64,000 nt of DNA from contig CM059437.1 of NCBI GenBank assembly GCA_030390025.1, forward strand, positions 13,268,001 through 13,332,000, given 5' to 3'. The notes beneath the pieces were generated by a model. That model saw only the letters and a program-made list of their open reading frames with translations. It was not told the origin of the DNA and ran no database searches. Below, in pieces: positions 1-13,179 of the stretch; within the stretch, counting starts at the first letter, position 1, and each line of letters opens with the position of its first letter. A program made the translations under genes and the position numbers. This stretch comes from Squalus acanthias (Eukaryota).

Positions 1-1249
1 AGATGGTGCAGGCTGAGGCCCACAGCCTCTCGAGGGCATCACAGGAGGACATCTGAACTGCCCTCTTCAGATTCTCAGCAGCCAACCACCTCACATGCTG
101 CTGCCACTCGGCTTTCACTTCGTAGAAGCAAGAGCACTTATCGGAGAGCCAGTAAAGGTAAGCACCAGGGTGAATAGTTTAATATCTGTAAATGCTGTTG
201 CTTGTGTCATATTTTCATTGTTTTTGCTCTAGATAAATAGAGTGATTATGATAATTGGGTAGTGTTGGAATTGTTTGTCTTTTTTATTGTGTTCTTCATG
301 GGGAAGGGGTTGAAAGGATCGATGCAGCTGGTGGACTCCTTGATGGATTCTCAGTCATGGAAGGTAAGACATGTGGCAACAGTGCCCCGAAGTCTGATGG
401 TGGAGGTCTACCTGGAATCCTCTGATGTTCCCCCTGGTCCACTTCCTCCTCCTCCTCCTCTTGTGGCTCCTGAGCTTGACCCTGTGGCACAATTGTTTGG
501 TGGTAACGGCTGGTGTCTCATGATCACCAGATTGCGGAGCATGCAGCAAGTCATCATGAATCTGGAGCCCTCCTCTCCCTCCCTCCTCCAGCAGCTGGTG
601 CTGCTCTGCCTGGCCTCTTCTCCTTCTCCCATTCCTCCTCCAAACCAAGGGGGACCCCTAGCATGATTCCCATGACCAAGCACTCCCTTTCTCCTGGTGA
701 CTCCTTTAAGGTCTCCAATAAGGTACAGTAGCACAGCACTCACTCTCTTTAAGTGAAGTCCTCAGAGAATTTGCAAAATAAACGTTAAGAGTGTTAATGA
801 ATTCTTGACAAAGTACCCCAGAAAGTCTCCTGCTGTGTATCAAAAGTTCTCTTCAAACGCAGTGTACTCAGTCGATCTCAATCAGCAAGTGAACAGTAAA
901 AGCTGAACATGGCTTTAAGTAGCATTCGCAATCCTCACCAATTACTTCTTTACCCCTGTTCAGCTGGTCGCTGTTAGGAGAGGTTGGTAATTTCAGTGCT
1001 AGCCAGAAAAATGGCGTGCAGCCTCTTTAATGAGCTTTAGGAGCCACCTTAATTGGTCATCAGAGCCTTAATCGGTCATCAGAGCCTTAATCATCCTTGG
1101 GGTGGCCATTTCTAACGCGCACTTTAACTCCTGTACCAAGATGGCGTACGGCGCTAAAGACGAGCTTACCTAGCATTGCAGCTCAAGGCCCCATCTTGGC
1201 CACCTCGGAGACACTTTAGCACCTAAAGTATCTGGGTAAAATTGCCCCC
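1..1249 (-). mobile_element. Truncated non-autonomous Harbinger derivative: Myb-gene 3' end on + (1-170), transposase N-terminal stub on - (~550-680), terminal arm
   Basis: 1-170 resembles the Myb-gene C-terminal region of the other Harbingers here (agatggtgcag... as at 34116). The stub MLGVPLGLEEEWEKEKRPGRAA resembles the stubs at 14034 and 34686. It ends in AAAATTGCCCCC, a TIR-like end. Confidence 0.6.
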
Positions 1250-1514
1250 TTTCTTGCTACCCAAGAAATAAGCTTTGAAATGCCACCTACACAAGCATCT
1301 TAAGGAGGTCTGTTGTGCAAATGATAGGACAGTGCTCAGTGACCGAGAGAGAGAGAGAGATCTATTTGTTTATTCCCTTATTTCCTAATCTTGCATGCCA
1401 TCAAGATACAGCCAGATACTTTCCCAAAGTTAAGGAAAGGTGAATACGTCCCAGATCTCCAGTGTGCCTCCCAGCTTAGTGTTGCTATTGGTTACTCAGC
1501 TATGCAGAGACTCT

Positions 1515-2245
1515 GGGCTGGATTTTCAATGACCCGTGGAGTCAGGTTTGGAGGCGTGTGGGGGGTTAAAATAGCGAAACGTGGTGGGCGGACCTGATCC
1601 CGACTCCATTCCGCCTCCAAGCAATTTTGACAAAATTGGTCGTGGGGTTCCCGACTCCGTCCTGCCTCCAAGAGGTGGGAGAGGCCATTAAAGCCCTTAA
1701 CAAGCCCTAAATTGGCTCTGTAATGCCATTTTGAAACGTTTTAGCTAGTTTAACCCTTTTCCGACGTGAAGCACGCCTGATGTGAAACACGCCAGTGAAA
1801 CCTGGTGGGAGCACAAGTGGATAGCTGACTATCAGCTGCAGGTCCACTATTACAACGGAGATGTGATGAAGGTAGTAGTAGTATTAGGTCTGAAAGTCGC
1901 CTCTGATGCTGCTGCATTGAATGTCTTCAGAGACTGCCTGGGAGGACTTGGTTGCAAAAAAATTCATTCTCACTCTCACTGATGCTGCTCATTTTGCATC
2001 CAGGTCCTCTCACAGCAAAGGCCAGGCAGTGTCTGAAAGCCTTCAATGCAGCAGCAATGATGACATCATCAGAGGCGACTTTCAGACTGAAACCACTAAT
2101 TGGGTCATGGGTTCCCAAATGCTGGAACTCAATTGCCCAATTAAGTGAAAATTGCATCAATCTCCCACATCCAATCGCAGACGGGTGGATAACACGAAAT
2201 GCGGATGACACGACCCCAACCCGCCCCAGTATCAAAATCCAGCCT
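1515..2245. mobile_element. Harbinger-type MITE
   Basis: TIRs GGGCTGGATTTT / AAAATCCAGCCT with a perfect 3-bp TSD TCT (1512-1514, 2246-2248). Confidence 0.8.
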
Positions 2246-3044
2246 TCTCAATGCACTTCCTATTCACGGTCTAGGGTAGAATAACAGTGAGATTCCCTGT
2301 TCCAAACAAAATAGAAAACTCCTCAGTTGTCATGTCTTTAATATAGTCAGCTATGCCACAGCTTCTCCCTGGGAGAATGGGATGTAGTACAAGGTGACGA
2401 GGGGGGGGAAGAGAGGCGGGGAAGGAAAGAATTATGAATGAGAAAAAAAAAAGTTTAAAATGGATCAAAATAAAAATAAGCTCAAAATAAAATGACAAGA
2501 GGCCACCGCTTCCCCAGAAATGTGAGCCAGAGCTGGGCACAATCTTGGAGCGGAGCCACAGTTGCGCGTGAACTCATCACTGAACGAACGATTCCAGGCA
2601 TTCAAATTCAGCTTCCAGTTGACTGGGAGTAGACACAGCTCAGGTGGAAGTGAAACAAACATCTGAACCAAGGATGTTTCATGTGTGATGTGGTGAATAA
2701 ATTAGTACTAGCAATTACAGACTGGGAGCGTATTCTCTGTTCTTCCTGTTAAATCTCATTTATTTATGCCTGCAGCCTGATTGTAATCAGTGCACACAAG
2801 CTTTACGTTAGTGGATCTTATTCAGTTTTAATGGAATGCACCGATTTAAGGCAGCTGTCCACAAATTGAAATTAAGACTCAGGAGATTTCATTCCATTTA
2901 TGTTGTTGCAATATTTTGCCAGCTATTTGCTCTTCAACCTCCCCCCCCCCCCAACCCGAAGAATGTGGACCTTTTCTGAAAACAAATAGACTTCACTCCA
3001 GATAAACTCACACCTCACAAAGCGTAGATCTCCAATGTACCAGT

Positions 3045-3495
3045 GGGCACGGTAGCACAGTGGTTACGTTACTGGACTAGTAATCCAGAGGCCTGATTAA
3101 TGATCCGGTAAACGTGAGTTCACAATCCCACCACGGCAGCTGGGGAATTTAAATTCAGTTAATTAAATAAATCTGGAATAAAAAGCTAGTGTTAGTAAAT
3201 GGTGACGATCGGATTGTCGTAAAAACTAATGAAGGCAATCTGCTGTCCTTACCTGGTGTGGCCTATATGTGACTCCAGACCCACAGCAATGTGGTTGACT
3301 CTTAACTGCCCTCTGAAATGGCCGAGCAAGCCACTCAGTTATATCAAACTGCTACAAAGACTGTGGGAGCACCTTCACCACACGGACTGCAGCGGTTCAA
3401 GAAGGCGGTTCACACCACCTTCTCAAGGGCAATTAGGGATGGACAATAAATGCCGGCCTTGCCAGCGACGCCCACATCCTGTGATAGATAAATAA
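3045..3495 (+). mobile_element. tRNA-derived SINE
   Basis: A-box-like GGTAGCACAGTGG head, B-box-like GAGTTCACAATCC and AT-rich tail. A related copy starts at ~43768. Confidence 0.65.
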
Positions 3496-4615
3496 TCATT
3501 CATTCGTGTTGCACTGAGATTCACTTTTCCAAGGAAATAAAGAGCATTTCTCAGTTGTCATGCTGTTAATTTGGCCAACTCGGAACATTTTAAAAGCCAA
3601 ATCAATTGTGTGTGAAAGTTTCAGCATTTCCTTTCATGTTTACTAAATAGCTATAGTAGCTGTCTGTAGGAGAAAGATTTGCAAATTGATTACTTTTACC
3701 TGCAGTTCATAGTATTCTGGATCTAAGTATAGCATTTCTTGGGCACTTACTTATGCATCTATCAATATTGAGCTGCAGTGATGAATGAAAGGCTGGTGAT
3801 GATTCTTGAGCTGCACACTGGAGGATTGACTTAATGGAGGAGTATCACACCAAAAGTCAATACATTCAGTCTTCATCATAATTACTCCTGGAGTGAAGAC
3901 TTGTTCATCAGATCTCTGTGAATCATAAAGCTTTGCTAAAAAAAATCAACACTATAGTGCTGTTAATATATTAGAAATTGCTTTCAATAAATACACAGAC
4001 TTATTCTGAGAGTGTGATTGATTTGCTGCCATTTTGGAAACATTTTGACAAACCTTGGAGGCTGTTTCTATTTATGAAAGTGTCTTTCTGAGGTAAAATC
4101 ATAACAAACATAATATCATCGGCACTCAGTGACATTATTGGATTAAGCCTGTTTTTCAATGTGATTTTCTATCCAGTAAGGGAAATAAATGCCAGTGTGT
4201 CTTTAATACCAATATATAATTAGGTAGCTTCTGAGAGCTCTGACTTTTAATACACAATTCGCGACTATAAATCCCAAGACAATTGGCTTTACTGCTAACT
4301 GAGGGAAAGAACACATAACAATTTAAACATTTCTTCCTTAGTTCCTCAATTATTACTGTAGTGAGCACGATTGTTGTAGATTTTAATTTCCGGGCAGCTA
4401 GCCTCATTAACACATTTAACTCAGCACTTTGTCATCCACACGCTCTGTTATCTCAGGAAAGCACCGACAGCAGCAACCCGATTCTGGTCTTGCTGAAAGG
4501 AAAACCCAGGCCCTCATTTACCGACCCCGCTGCAAATATCTCTTGTTTGCAACATTTGGTTGTATTTCCAAAAGAAGGACAAATCAAAGAGACACCAAAT
4601 GCTACCATATTATTG

Positions 4616-6003
4616 GTGTCAGCTGTGGCTCAGTGGGTAGCACACTTGCCTCGGAGTCAGAAGGTTGTGGGTTCAGGTCCCGCTCCAGGGACTTGAGCAC
4701 ATAAAGCTAGGCTAACACTCCCAGGGGGAAAAATTCAGTTGGTTGCGCCTCCCGTTAGCGCCTTAAGAGGCCGTTAATGGGGCGCAAAGCATCTAGCGCC
4801 CGGGCGCGGCGATGTTTGCGCCGCTCGCAAAATTAACTAGACATTTTGCGGCGGCGCTAAACACTACCGCCACGATCTCCTGCGCCGGCAGATCGTGACA
4901 TCAGTCGAGTGCGCAACGCCCCGGCATCGTCCCAGAGCAGATATTGAGTGGCGCCCCCTGCCTTACCGCCTGACGCTAGCAACGACAGGTTGAGGGGAGC
5001 GTTTTGCAGTCATGAAGGGACTGGGGGAGCGCTATTTAAAGGCGACCGCTTCCTGCCTTTTACTGTTGGTGCCATTTTTGAACCATGCATTCTGAGAGAG
5101 AGAGAGACTTCAGGAGAGATTCAACGCTGTGTGAAGGAGTTTTGGGTACTGAGCAGCACTTTGCAGGTTCATTTTGATTTGCCATTCCTTGTATCGATTT
5201 AGAAGAGACTGTGGGGGCTGTACTCTAAGCTCTTTCCCTGGTACTCTCCATTGTTCTTTCCAGCAGATTTGATGTGCAGGTCTCTCCAGGCCGGGATTCA
5301 AGGCTGCAATGAGCAGGATGTGGATGGAAAGCAAGATCAACCATCCCCTTTAAGAACTGGCCGGCGCCATTGTGTCTGTGTTCCATTGCTGACTGACATC
5401 ACATGAGCTTCGCCTGCGCTCTGAGGTAGCGCCTCGCTCCTCGGCCTTTGCGCCTTAAGACAGGTGTGAAGCGCCTGATTTAGCGCTCCAATCACCTCCA
5501 GGGGAGATAAAAGTCAAGTTTGCAGTCGGTGGCAATAATTAGCGCCAGGCGCTAATCTTTGCGCCCGGCCGATAATTGCGCCCCAAATGGGGCGATACTG
5601 AATTTCTCCCCCCCCAGTGCTGAAGGAGTGCTGCACTGTCGGAGGTGCTGTCTTTCAGATGAGACGTTAAACCGAGGCCCCGTCTGCTCTCTCAGGTGAA
5701 CGTAAAAGATCCCATGGCACTATTTATAAATAAATACAAGTTGTTGTTGTTGTTTCGAAGAAGAGCAGGGGGGTTATCCCCGGTGTCCTGGCCAATATTT
5801 ATTCCTCAATCAACATAACAAAAACAGATTATCTGGTCATTATCACATTGCTGTTTGTGGGAGCTTGCTGTGCGCAATTTTGGCTGCCATGTTTCCCACA
5901 TTACAACAGTGACTACACTTCAAAAGTACTTCATTGGCTGTAAAGCGCTTTGAGACGTCCGGTGGTCGTGAAAGGCGCGATATAAATGCAAGTCTTTCTT
6001 TCT
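4616..6003 (+). mobile_element. DeuSINE/SacSINE1-like SINE, split by a Harbinger MITE
   Basis: tRNA head (TGGCTCAGTGG...GGTTCAGGTCC), Deu-domain-like core (GATGAGACGTTAAACCGAGG...GATCCCATGGCACTAT) and tail AAATGCAAGTCTTTCTTT. Colinear with the uninterrupted copy at 31961. Confidence 0.85.
4724..5613 (+). mobile_element. Harbinger MITE: deletion derivative related to the 19399-27809 element
   Basis: TIR GGGGGAAAAATTCAGT / ACTGAATTTCTCCCCC with TSD CCA. The left ~470 bp match 19399-19940 and the right ~300 bp match 27500-27809. Confidence 0.9.
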
Positions 6004-8063
6004 TTATTATTAAGTACTCCCAACTTCCTTGAACAGCTCTTTCTAATTTCATTTTTAAAAAGGCATGAGTTACCTTTATGAATTATGAATAAACTTCAGA
6101 AAGGTTGATTTTGATCTTTAGACGAGAGATACATAAGCACACATTTTTGACTATAATTATTCTAGGCTTGTATTGGAAAGCAGAGGCTTTCAACATGAGC
6201 ATGCCAAAAAAAGGCGTCTTTCTGTTAAAGGTACATTGGTCCCAAATTTCCACAGGGCTGGGTTGCATTGAGAGGGTAAAGCAAATGCAGAAGGCCAGGC
6301 AGTGGGAAGAAAATCAGCCAGGACCCAGAAGCACCGGCCTCTGCCCAGAAGAGCATCAGAGGCGAGTTTCCAATGAGGCCTAGTTGCGCCTGCCCCGTAC
6401 AAAGCCCTGGATGTCACAAGGCGGCGGGGTCGGTGGGGTAGCTTTCCCTGCCAGAACTCCTGTGGCTCCTGCCTCTTCCTAGCGAACTGGACACTGGGAC
6501 AAAACCAACATCCAGGTCATTGTAGGGGCAAAAGTGGGCCCACCAGTGTCATGACGTAGAAGAGTCTGGAACTGGCGAGCTACATTCTTTGGGGTGGCGG
6601 GGGGGGGGGGGGGGGGGGGGGGCCTCCAGTGGAACCCCTATGCTGTCATCCACTGCTGCCTCTTCTGTCTCCCCCTGCCCCCACTCCCCACAAATTGCAT
6701 CCATATTGGCGCGGGTGCCCATTCAAAATATTGAAATCAGGTGATCTCCTTGTGACCTCAGATATTGCGTCAGGGTCAGGAACGAAGGTCAGCAGCGGAA
6801 CAGGATTCCCATTCCACTGCACTTACTACAGTGCTACAGACTCAAGGATTTTTTGGCTCTTTGCTTTATGTTATGGAGCCTAGAACGCTAATGTTAAATT
6901 AAATGGGCTGCATCTGTACTCCAAGTTTGTGACAGCTTCTAGTCCACATTTGTATGACATGCAACAGTGACCTTGTTTCTAGGAATTTTAACTTAATTGG
7001 AATATTTCCATAGTCACGTACTCAATACTGCTCCTTTCTATAGTATTTGGCTAATAAAAACAAATGGATAAAACAGATATTCATATCCATGAAAAGGCAT
7101 TAAAGTTTCATTCTCTGCACTGGTGAATACATTACCATGCCAGGGATTTGACTCAATTCAGTGTTAGACTGGTACATCTTGTCCATCTGATTACTTATTT
7201 CTTCACAAAACTTTGTTCCAGTTCATTTCTCTTTTTTTTTTCTTGTGAATTTTGTGCCCATCAAGGTGAACAATGTCAATTCTGGTGAGCTGAATGCTTT
7301 TCAATTTGTGTCACTGAATTTCAGCATCAAGCGCTCCCAGGTCAGACTCTGGCCGAACAATGTGATCTAGAAATGTGATCTTACTGTGCCCGTTTGACAG
7401 GCACAAAACGGGTGCCCGAGCATCCAATAGGGTGGGCAGGACGCACAAGCTCATTATGCGCCATATTGGTGAAAGCACAAAAAGAGGTGTGTCCTGGGCC
7501 TGTGCCTGAAGCAGGGCAGTGTGCAAAATCCATCGCCACATTTATAGGACAGCTCCACTTCTTTGTTCTTTCGAATTATGGTGCGAGAGTCAAGTTAGAA
7601 CAGATTTATCTTTCTTTTGTCTCAGTCCCTGATGGACTTCCTGGTTGCCCTGATCCAATTCAAGTGCAATTGAATGATCAGTGCAACACAAAAGCTGACT
7701 TCCTTTCCCTGTAGAATGTGGCAGAAGATTTATCAACAGTTTGTCAACATGATGCAAAAGCTCTCCCTTTGGCACCCAGCCAACTTCAATGTCGAGACAA
7801 TAGCAGCAATAATTTCACACCATTTACAGGACATGTTAGCTAACAGCTGACAGCTCTGTATGACATGTATATGACTCTTACAGATGCACACTAAACTAAA
7901 GAAGATATATGGGCACCAGTGCAGAGGAATAGATATTTGAGAACAAGACAAATTGTGCTTGTGGTGGAGAAGATCCGATAGGTATAGTAAGTATGCTCCT
8001 CATGTACAAACATTAGACCCATAAGAACATATGGAATGAGTAGGATTTACGTACTAGTATTTC

Positions 8064-8271
8064 TACAATGGAGTGACTGCTGCCAACGAACCGGAAGCTT
8101 CGTAGAAGCGCTCTGCGCATGCCAACTTCCGGCTTGTTACGGGAGTGGGCTCGTTAAAAAAAAATGTAAAAACGCCGGGGAGGGGGCAGGCTCTGGGGAA
8201 AAATGCCGGGGAGGGAGCGGGCTCCTTGAAAAAATGTGCTTCCGGTCATTGGCAACAGTCACTGTATTCTA
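8064..8271. mobile_element. Short inverted-repeat element (possible Tc1/mariner-type MITE)
   Basis: ~30-bp imperfect inverted repeats GAGTGACTGCTGCCAACGAACCGGAAGC / GCTTCCGGTCATTGGCAACAGTCACTG followed by TA. The interior is CpG-rich. Confidence 0.55.
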
Positions 8272-9160
8272 CAAATTCCTGATAAATTCACCACGCATGC
8301 TCACTTGCAGCTTTTGATATATTGCAATTCACTTATTAAAATTGATTAATTTGATACAAGTGCAATTCACTTATTAAAAATGGAATAATTTGCAAGAAGT
8401 GGCAGTTAATGAAAGTTCCTTCAGTGCATGTAATAATAATAACCCCATGACTTCATATAGCAAAACTGGAGCTCGGTAGCTTTGGCCAACAACATTTTGT
8501 CGACTTAATTGTTCTTGAAGCCTCTGAGAATTAACAAATCTTCGCATGAAGGTCAGCTGGGTTGAAGTCACCATTAACCTTAGGCTAATGAGGAAATGGC
8601 AAAAGACTAGAAGAATATTTTAAGTGATTAGATCAGATCATTTTCAATCAGTCTAAATTAATTTCAACAGAACCCAGCGAATTTGACTCCTGCGCACATG
8701 CTTGACACACATGCATTTAACTACTGTGCAACCTTGCTCTACACATAGGCCTGGATTTTGCGGTTGTAATGACGGCAAAATTGTTAGCGTTCGCCGTCGT
8801 TACCCTGCAAAACTGACAATTTCTTCTGGCCCCACATGTGCAGTTAAACGCGAAAATCCAGAAGTTGCTGTCAGTGATTCCCTGCTCCTCCACAGGGCGC
8901 ACAGATAGCAATCGGTGAGAAATCACTGAACTGACGAGAACTTCTCCTTTTATGGTGCAATATTGCTGTTAAAATCCCCCCAAAAGGTGAGTTTTAACAG
9001 CGTACTAAGTCATAATTACTGCTGAACAACCTCTCTGGCCCTGAAAAACTAATTTTTTATTTGTGGAATGTCAAATTTTTCCATTATGATAAAAATTCCA
9101 TATTTTAATATAAAAAAAATTGGTTTTGATATTTCAGCTTCTACCTTAATCCCATGTGAA

Positions 9161-12100
9161 AATCCAAGATGGCTCCTGTGCTGGCAGCTCCCTAGGGAGC
9201 TTCTTTGCCATCTTTGGCCATCCGTTGCCATCCTTTTCTCTTTCCCCCCCCCCCCCCCCCCCCCCCCCCCCCGTCTCCTCTCTTCTGCTATTTAAGTTCC
9301 CCTGGCTCTAAGAGTGGGTGCATTTTATCCCTAACTGCAAGTTCAAGCTGCAAGGTTAAAGTTACCTGAGCCCACTGCCCATCCCCCGACCATGCCTGTT
9401 CTTTGTTCTCAGTGAGCACTGGCTCTTCACTTAAACTTAGCTCCCAAATTCCCAGACCTCTCTGCCGTCAAGACTACGCTTCTCCACTAGACTAGTGATC
9501 TAGTGACTAGTGGATCGCGAGTGGAGTTCGGGGCCAGGGATCGCGAGAATATCAGTGCTAATTTGATCCTGTGAGAGACAACATCATTCATATCCGAGGC
9601 CGGGACCCAGGAGCGAGGACGAGCCCAGCAGCGAGGTCAAGGCCCAGGAGTGGCGCAGCGTGGACCAGCAGCGGGGTCGGGGCCCAGGGAAGGTGCGGCA
9701 CGGGCCAACTGCGAGGTCGGGAGGACCACAATGCATCCTACGAAACCCAGGCAGAGAGGACCTGCAGGAAGGAGGGAGGAGGACAGTAGCATTATGTTTG
9801 TGTGTGTGTGCTAGGCCGCTGTAGCAGAGCCTGGTCTCCAATCATCTTGGATCCCCTTGCCTTTGGACCAAGACCTTGCTTTGTCAAGCCCGTGTGGTAG
9901 CTGGTGTGCAACAGCCACCCCACGTTAAAAGAATTCACGCACAGGCATCTTCCACCCTTTAAAATGAAGTTCGGGACCTGGAACGTCAGGACCCTCATGG
10001 ACAACCAAGAGTGACAGACCGGAACGCTATGCTGCTATCGTTGCCCGGGAGCTCAGACGTTTCGACATTGACATCGCGCCCGAAGTGAGACCCAGCGGGC
10101 AGGGGAAGGCCAGCTCAAGGAGCAAGGCGGTGGCTGCACCTTCTTCTGGAAAGGCAAACCTGAAGAAGAACGCCGCCTCCATGGGGTAGGCTTCGCCATA
10201 AAAAATGAACTAGTTGGGCGTCTCAGAGACTCTCCTAGCAGTATAAACGAGCCCCTCATGACTCTTCAGCTCACTCTAGCCCGGAACCAGTGCGCTATGG
10301 TCATCAGTGCGTACGCCCCAACACTGGAAGCCACAGACGAGACCAGAGGAATTCGACTCCAGCCTCAAACAATCCCTGTCCCGAGTCCCAACGGGCGACA
10401 AGCTGATCCTCCTTGGAGACTTTAACACCAGAGTTGGAAAGGACACTGACCTCTGGGAAGGTGTGATCGGCAGAGAGCGGGTAGGGAAAGCCAACTCCAA
10501 CGGTACCCTCCTCCTGTCAAAATGCTTAGAACATAGCCTTGTCATAACCAACACCTTGTTCCGTCAGAGAGACAAGTACAAGGCTTCATGGCAGCACCCT
10601 CGTTCCAAGCACTGGCATCTGCTGGACTACGTCATCGTCCGAGCGAGGGACCGCAAGGACGTCCGCGTCACCCGCGCCATGACAGGAGCTGACAACTGCT
10701 GGACAGACCACTGCCTAATCCGCTCTGTCATCTCCATCAATACAGCCCCAAAACAGCGGCGGCAACAGAAACAATACCGCAGGAAAATCAACGCTGGAGC
10801 ACTCAAAGACCCCGCTAAGAAAGCCCTATTCAGCCTGCGCCTCACAAACAACCTGATGACTCCCAGTGATGCAGAGACACAGAGTGCCCACAGTGCCTGG
10901 TCTGCACTCAAGGCCTCCATATACAGCACCTGTGAAGAGACGCTCGGTCACTCGACCAGGAAACACCAAGACTGGTTCGACGAGAACGAATAGGAGATCC
11001 AGGAGCTAATAAGCCGCAAGCACAAGGCATTCCTGATCTGGAAACAGCAACACAACTTGAGAGCAAGAAAGCAGCTCTACAGACGCCTGAAGGCCGAGGT
11101 CCAACAAAAAACTCGCGACCTAAAGAACAGATGGTGGGTGGAGAAAGCGCAGGAGATCCAGCAGCTAGCCGACAACCACGACGTGCGTGGATTCTTTAGC
11201 GCAGTCAAGACCATCTACGGCCCAAGCACCCAAGGTCCTACCCCACTGCGGGCCAAGAATGGAGAGGTACTCATGAAGGACAGAGAGGCAGTCAGTGCCC
11301 GCTGGAAGGAGCACTTTGAAGATCTCCTTAACCGCGACTCTGTCTTCGACACGAGTATCCTCAACTCCATCCCGCAGCATGCTACCCGCCACCATCTCAG
11401 CACAACCCCAGCCCGGCATGAGGTTGAAAAGGCCATCCGACAACTGAAGAACAACAAGGCCTCAGGAGCAGATGGAATCCCCGCCGAGGTACTAAAGCAT
11501 GGCGGAGAAGCACTACTGGCGCGAATTCATGAACTCATTTCTCTTATCTGGAAGGAGGAGAGCATGCCAGGGGATCTCAGAGATGCCGTAATTGTGACCA
11601 TCTTCAAGAAAGGTGACAAGTCCGATTGCGGTAATTACAGAGGAGTTTCCCTGCTGTCTGCCACAGGGAACATCATCGCAAGAATCCTCCTCAATCGCCT
11701 TCTCCCATTGGCCGAAGAGCTCCTCCCAGAGTCGCAATGCGAATTCGCCCACTAAAGGGCACAATGGACTGCACGTCAATTACAAGAGAAATGCAGGGAA
11801 CAGCACCAACTGCTGTACATGGCCTTCTTTGATCTCACAAAGGCCTTCGACACTGTCAACCATGAGGGATTATGGAGTGTCCTCCTCAAATTCGGCTGCC
11901 CTCAAAAATTTGTCACCATCCTCCGCCTGCTTCACGACGACATGCAAGCCGTGATCCTGACCAACGGTTCCACCACAGACCCAATTCACGTACGAACTGG
12001 GGTCAAGCAAGGCTGTGTCATCGCACCAACGCTCTTCTCGATCTTCCTTGCTGCAATGCTCCATCTCACCCTCAGTAAGCTCCCCGCTGGAGTGGAGCTA

Positions 12101-13179
12101 ATTTACAGAACAAACGGGAAACTGTTCAACCTCCGTCGCCTCCAGTCCAGATCCAAGGTCGTCCCATCCTGTGTCGTCGAATTACAGTATGCAGACAACG
12201 CTTGCGTCTGCGCTCACTTAGAGGTCGAACTCCAAACCATCATCAACACCTTCACCGAAGCGTGCGAGAGCATGGGCCTTACACTAAACATCCGTAAGAC
12301 AAAGGTCCTCTACCAACCTGCCCCCGCCACACAGTACTGCCCCCCGATTATCAAAATCCACAACAAGGCCTTGGACAAAGTGGACCACTTTCCATACCTC
12401 GGGAGCCTACTGTCAACAAGGGCAGACGTCGATGACGAAGTCCAACACCGCCTTCAGTGTGCCAGTGCAGCCTTCAGTCACCTGAGGAAGAGTGTGTTTG
12501 AAGATCAGGACCTCAAACCCGGCACTAAGCTCATGGTCTACAGAGCAGCAGTGATACCCGCCCTGCTGTATGCCTCAGAGACATGGACCATGTACAGCAG
12601 GCACCTCAAAGCATTGGAGAGGTACCACCATCGCTGCCTCCGCAAGATCCTGCAAATCCATTGGCAGGATAGGCGCACCAACGTCAGTGTTCTTGCTCAG
12701 CCCAACATCCCCAGCATCGAAGCTTTGACCACGCTCGATCAGCTCCGATGGACGGGTCACATTGTCCGCATGCCCGATACGAGACTCCCAAAACAAGCGC
12801 TCTACTCGGAGCTCCAGCACGGCAAGAGAACCCCAGGTGGGCATAGGAAACGCTTCAAGGACACCCTCAAAGCCTCCTTGAAAAAGTGTAACATTCCCAC
12901 CAACACCTGGGAATCCCTGGCCCAAGACCGCACAAAGTGGAGGAGAAGCATCCGGGAAGGTGCCGAACACCTCGAGTCTCTTCACCGGGAGCAAGCAGAA
13001 GCCAAGCGCAGGCAGCGCACGTCAACCCAAGCACCCCACCCACCTGCTCCTTCAACCAACGTCTGCCCCACCTGTGACAGAGACTGTAGGTCCCGCATTG
13101 GACTCATCAGTCACCTGTGAACTCATTTTTAATGTGGAAGCAAGTCATCCTCGGTTCCGAGGGACTGCCTAAGAAGAAG
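9161..13179 (+). mobile_element. Full-length RTE-clade non-LTR retrotransposon
   Basis: 7-bp TSD ATGTGAA (9154-9160, 13180-13186), short (AAG)n tail, APE plus RT coding region and ~800-bp 5' UTR. Confidence 0.9.
9964..13120 (+). pseudogene. RTE ORF (AP endonuclease + reverse transcriptase + C-terminal C2H-type motif), disrupted
   Basis: Motifs: MKFGTWNVRTL start, LLGDFN, HLLDYV, TDH, GNYRGVSLL, FFDLTKAFDTV, GVKQGCVIAP, YADN (instead of YADD), FPYLGS and CPTCDRDC...SH. Stops at 10991 and ~11038; frameshifts near 10010-10340 and ~11750. Confidence 0.92.

Noticed and set aside
6590-6622. Long G/C homopolymers (also ~9244, ~19727) as functional G-quadruplexes
   Set aside because: They are slippage-prone runs inside repeats, with no supporting evidence of function.
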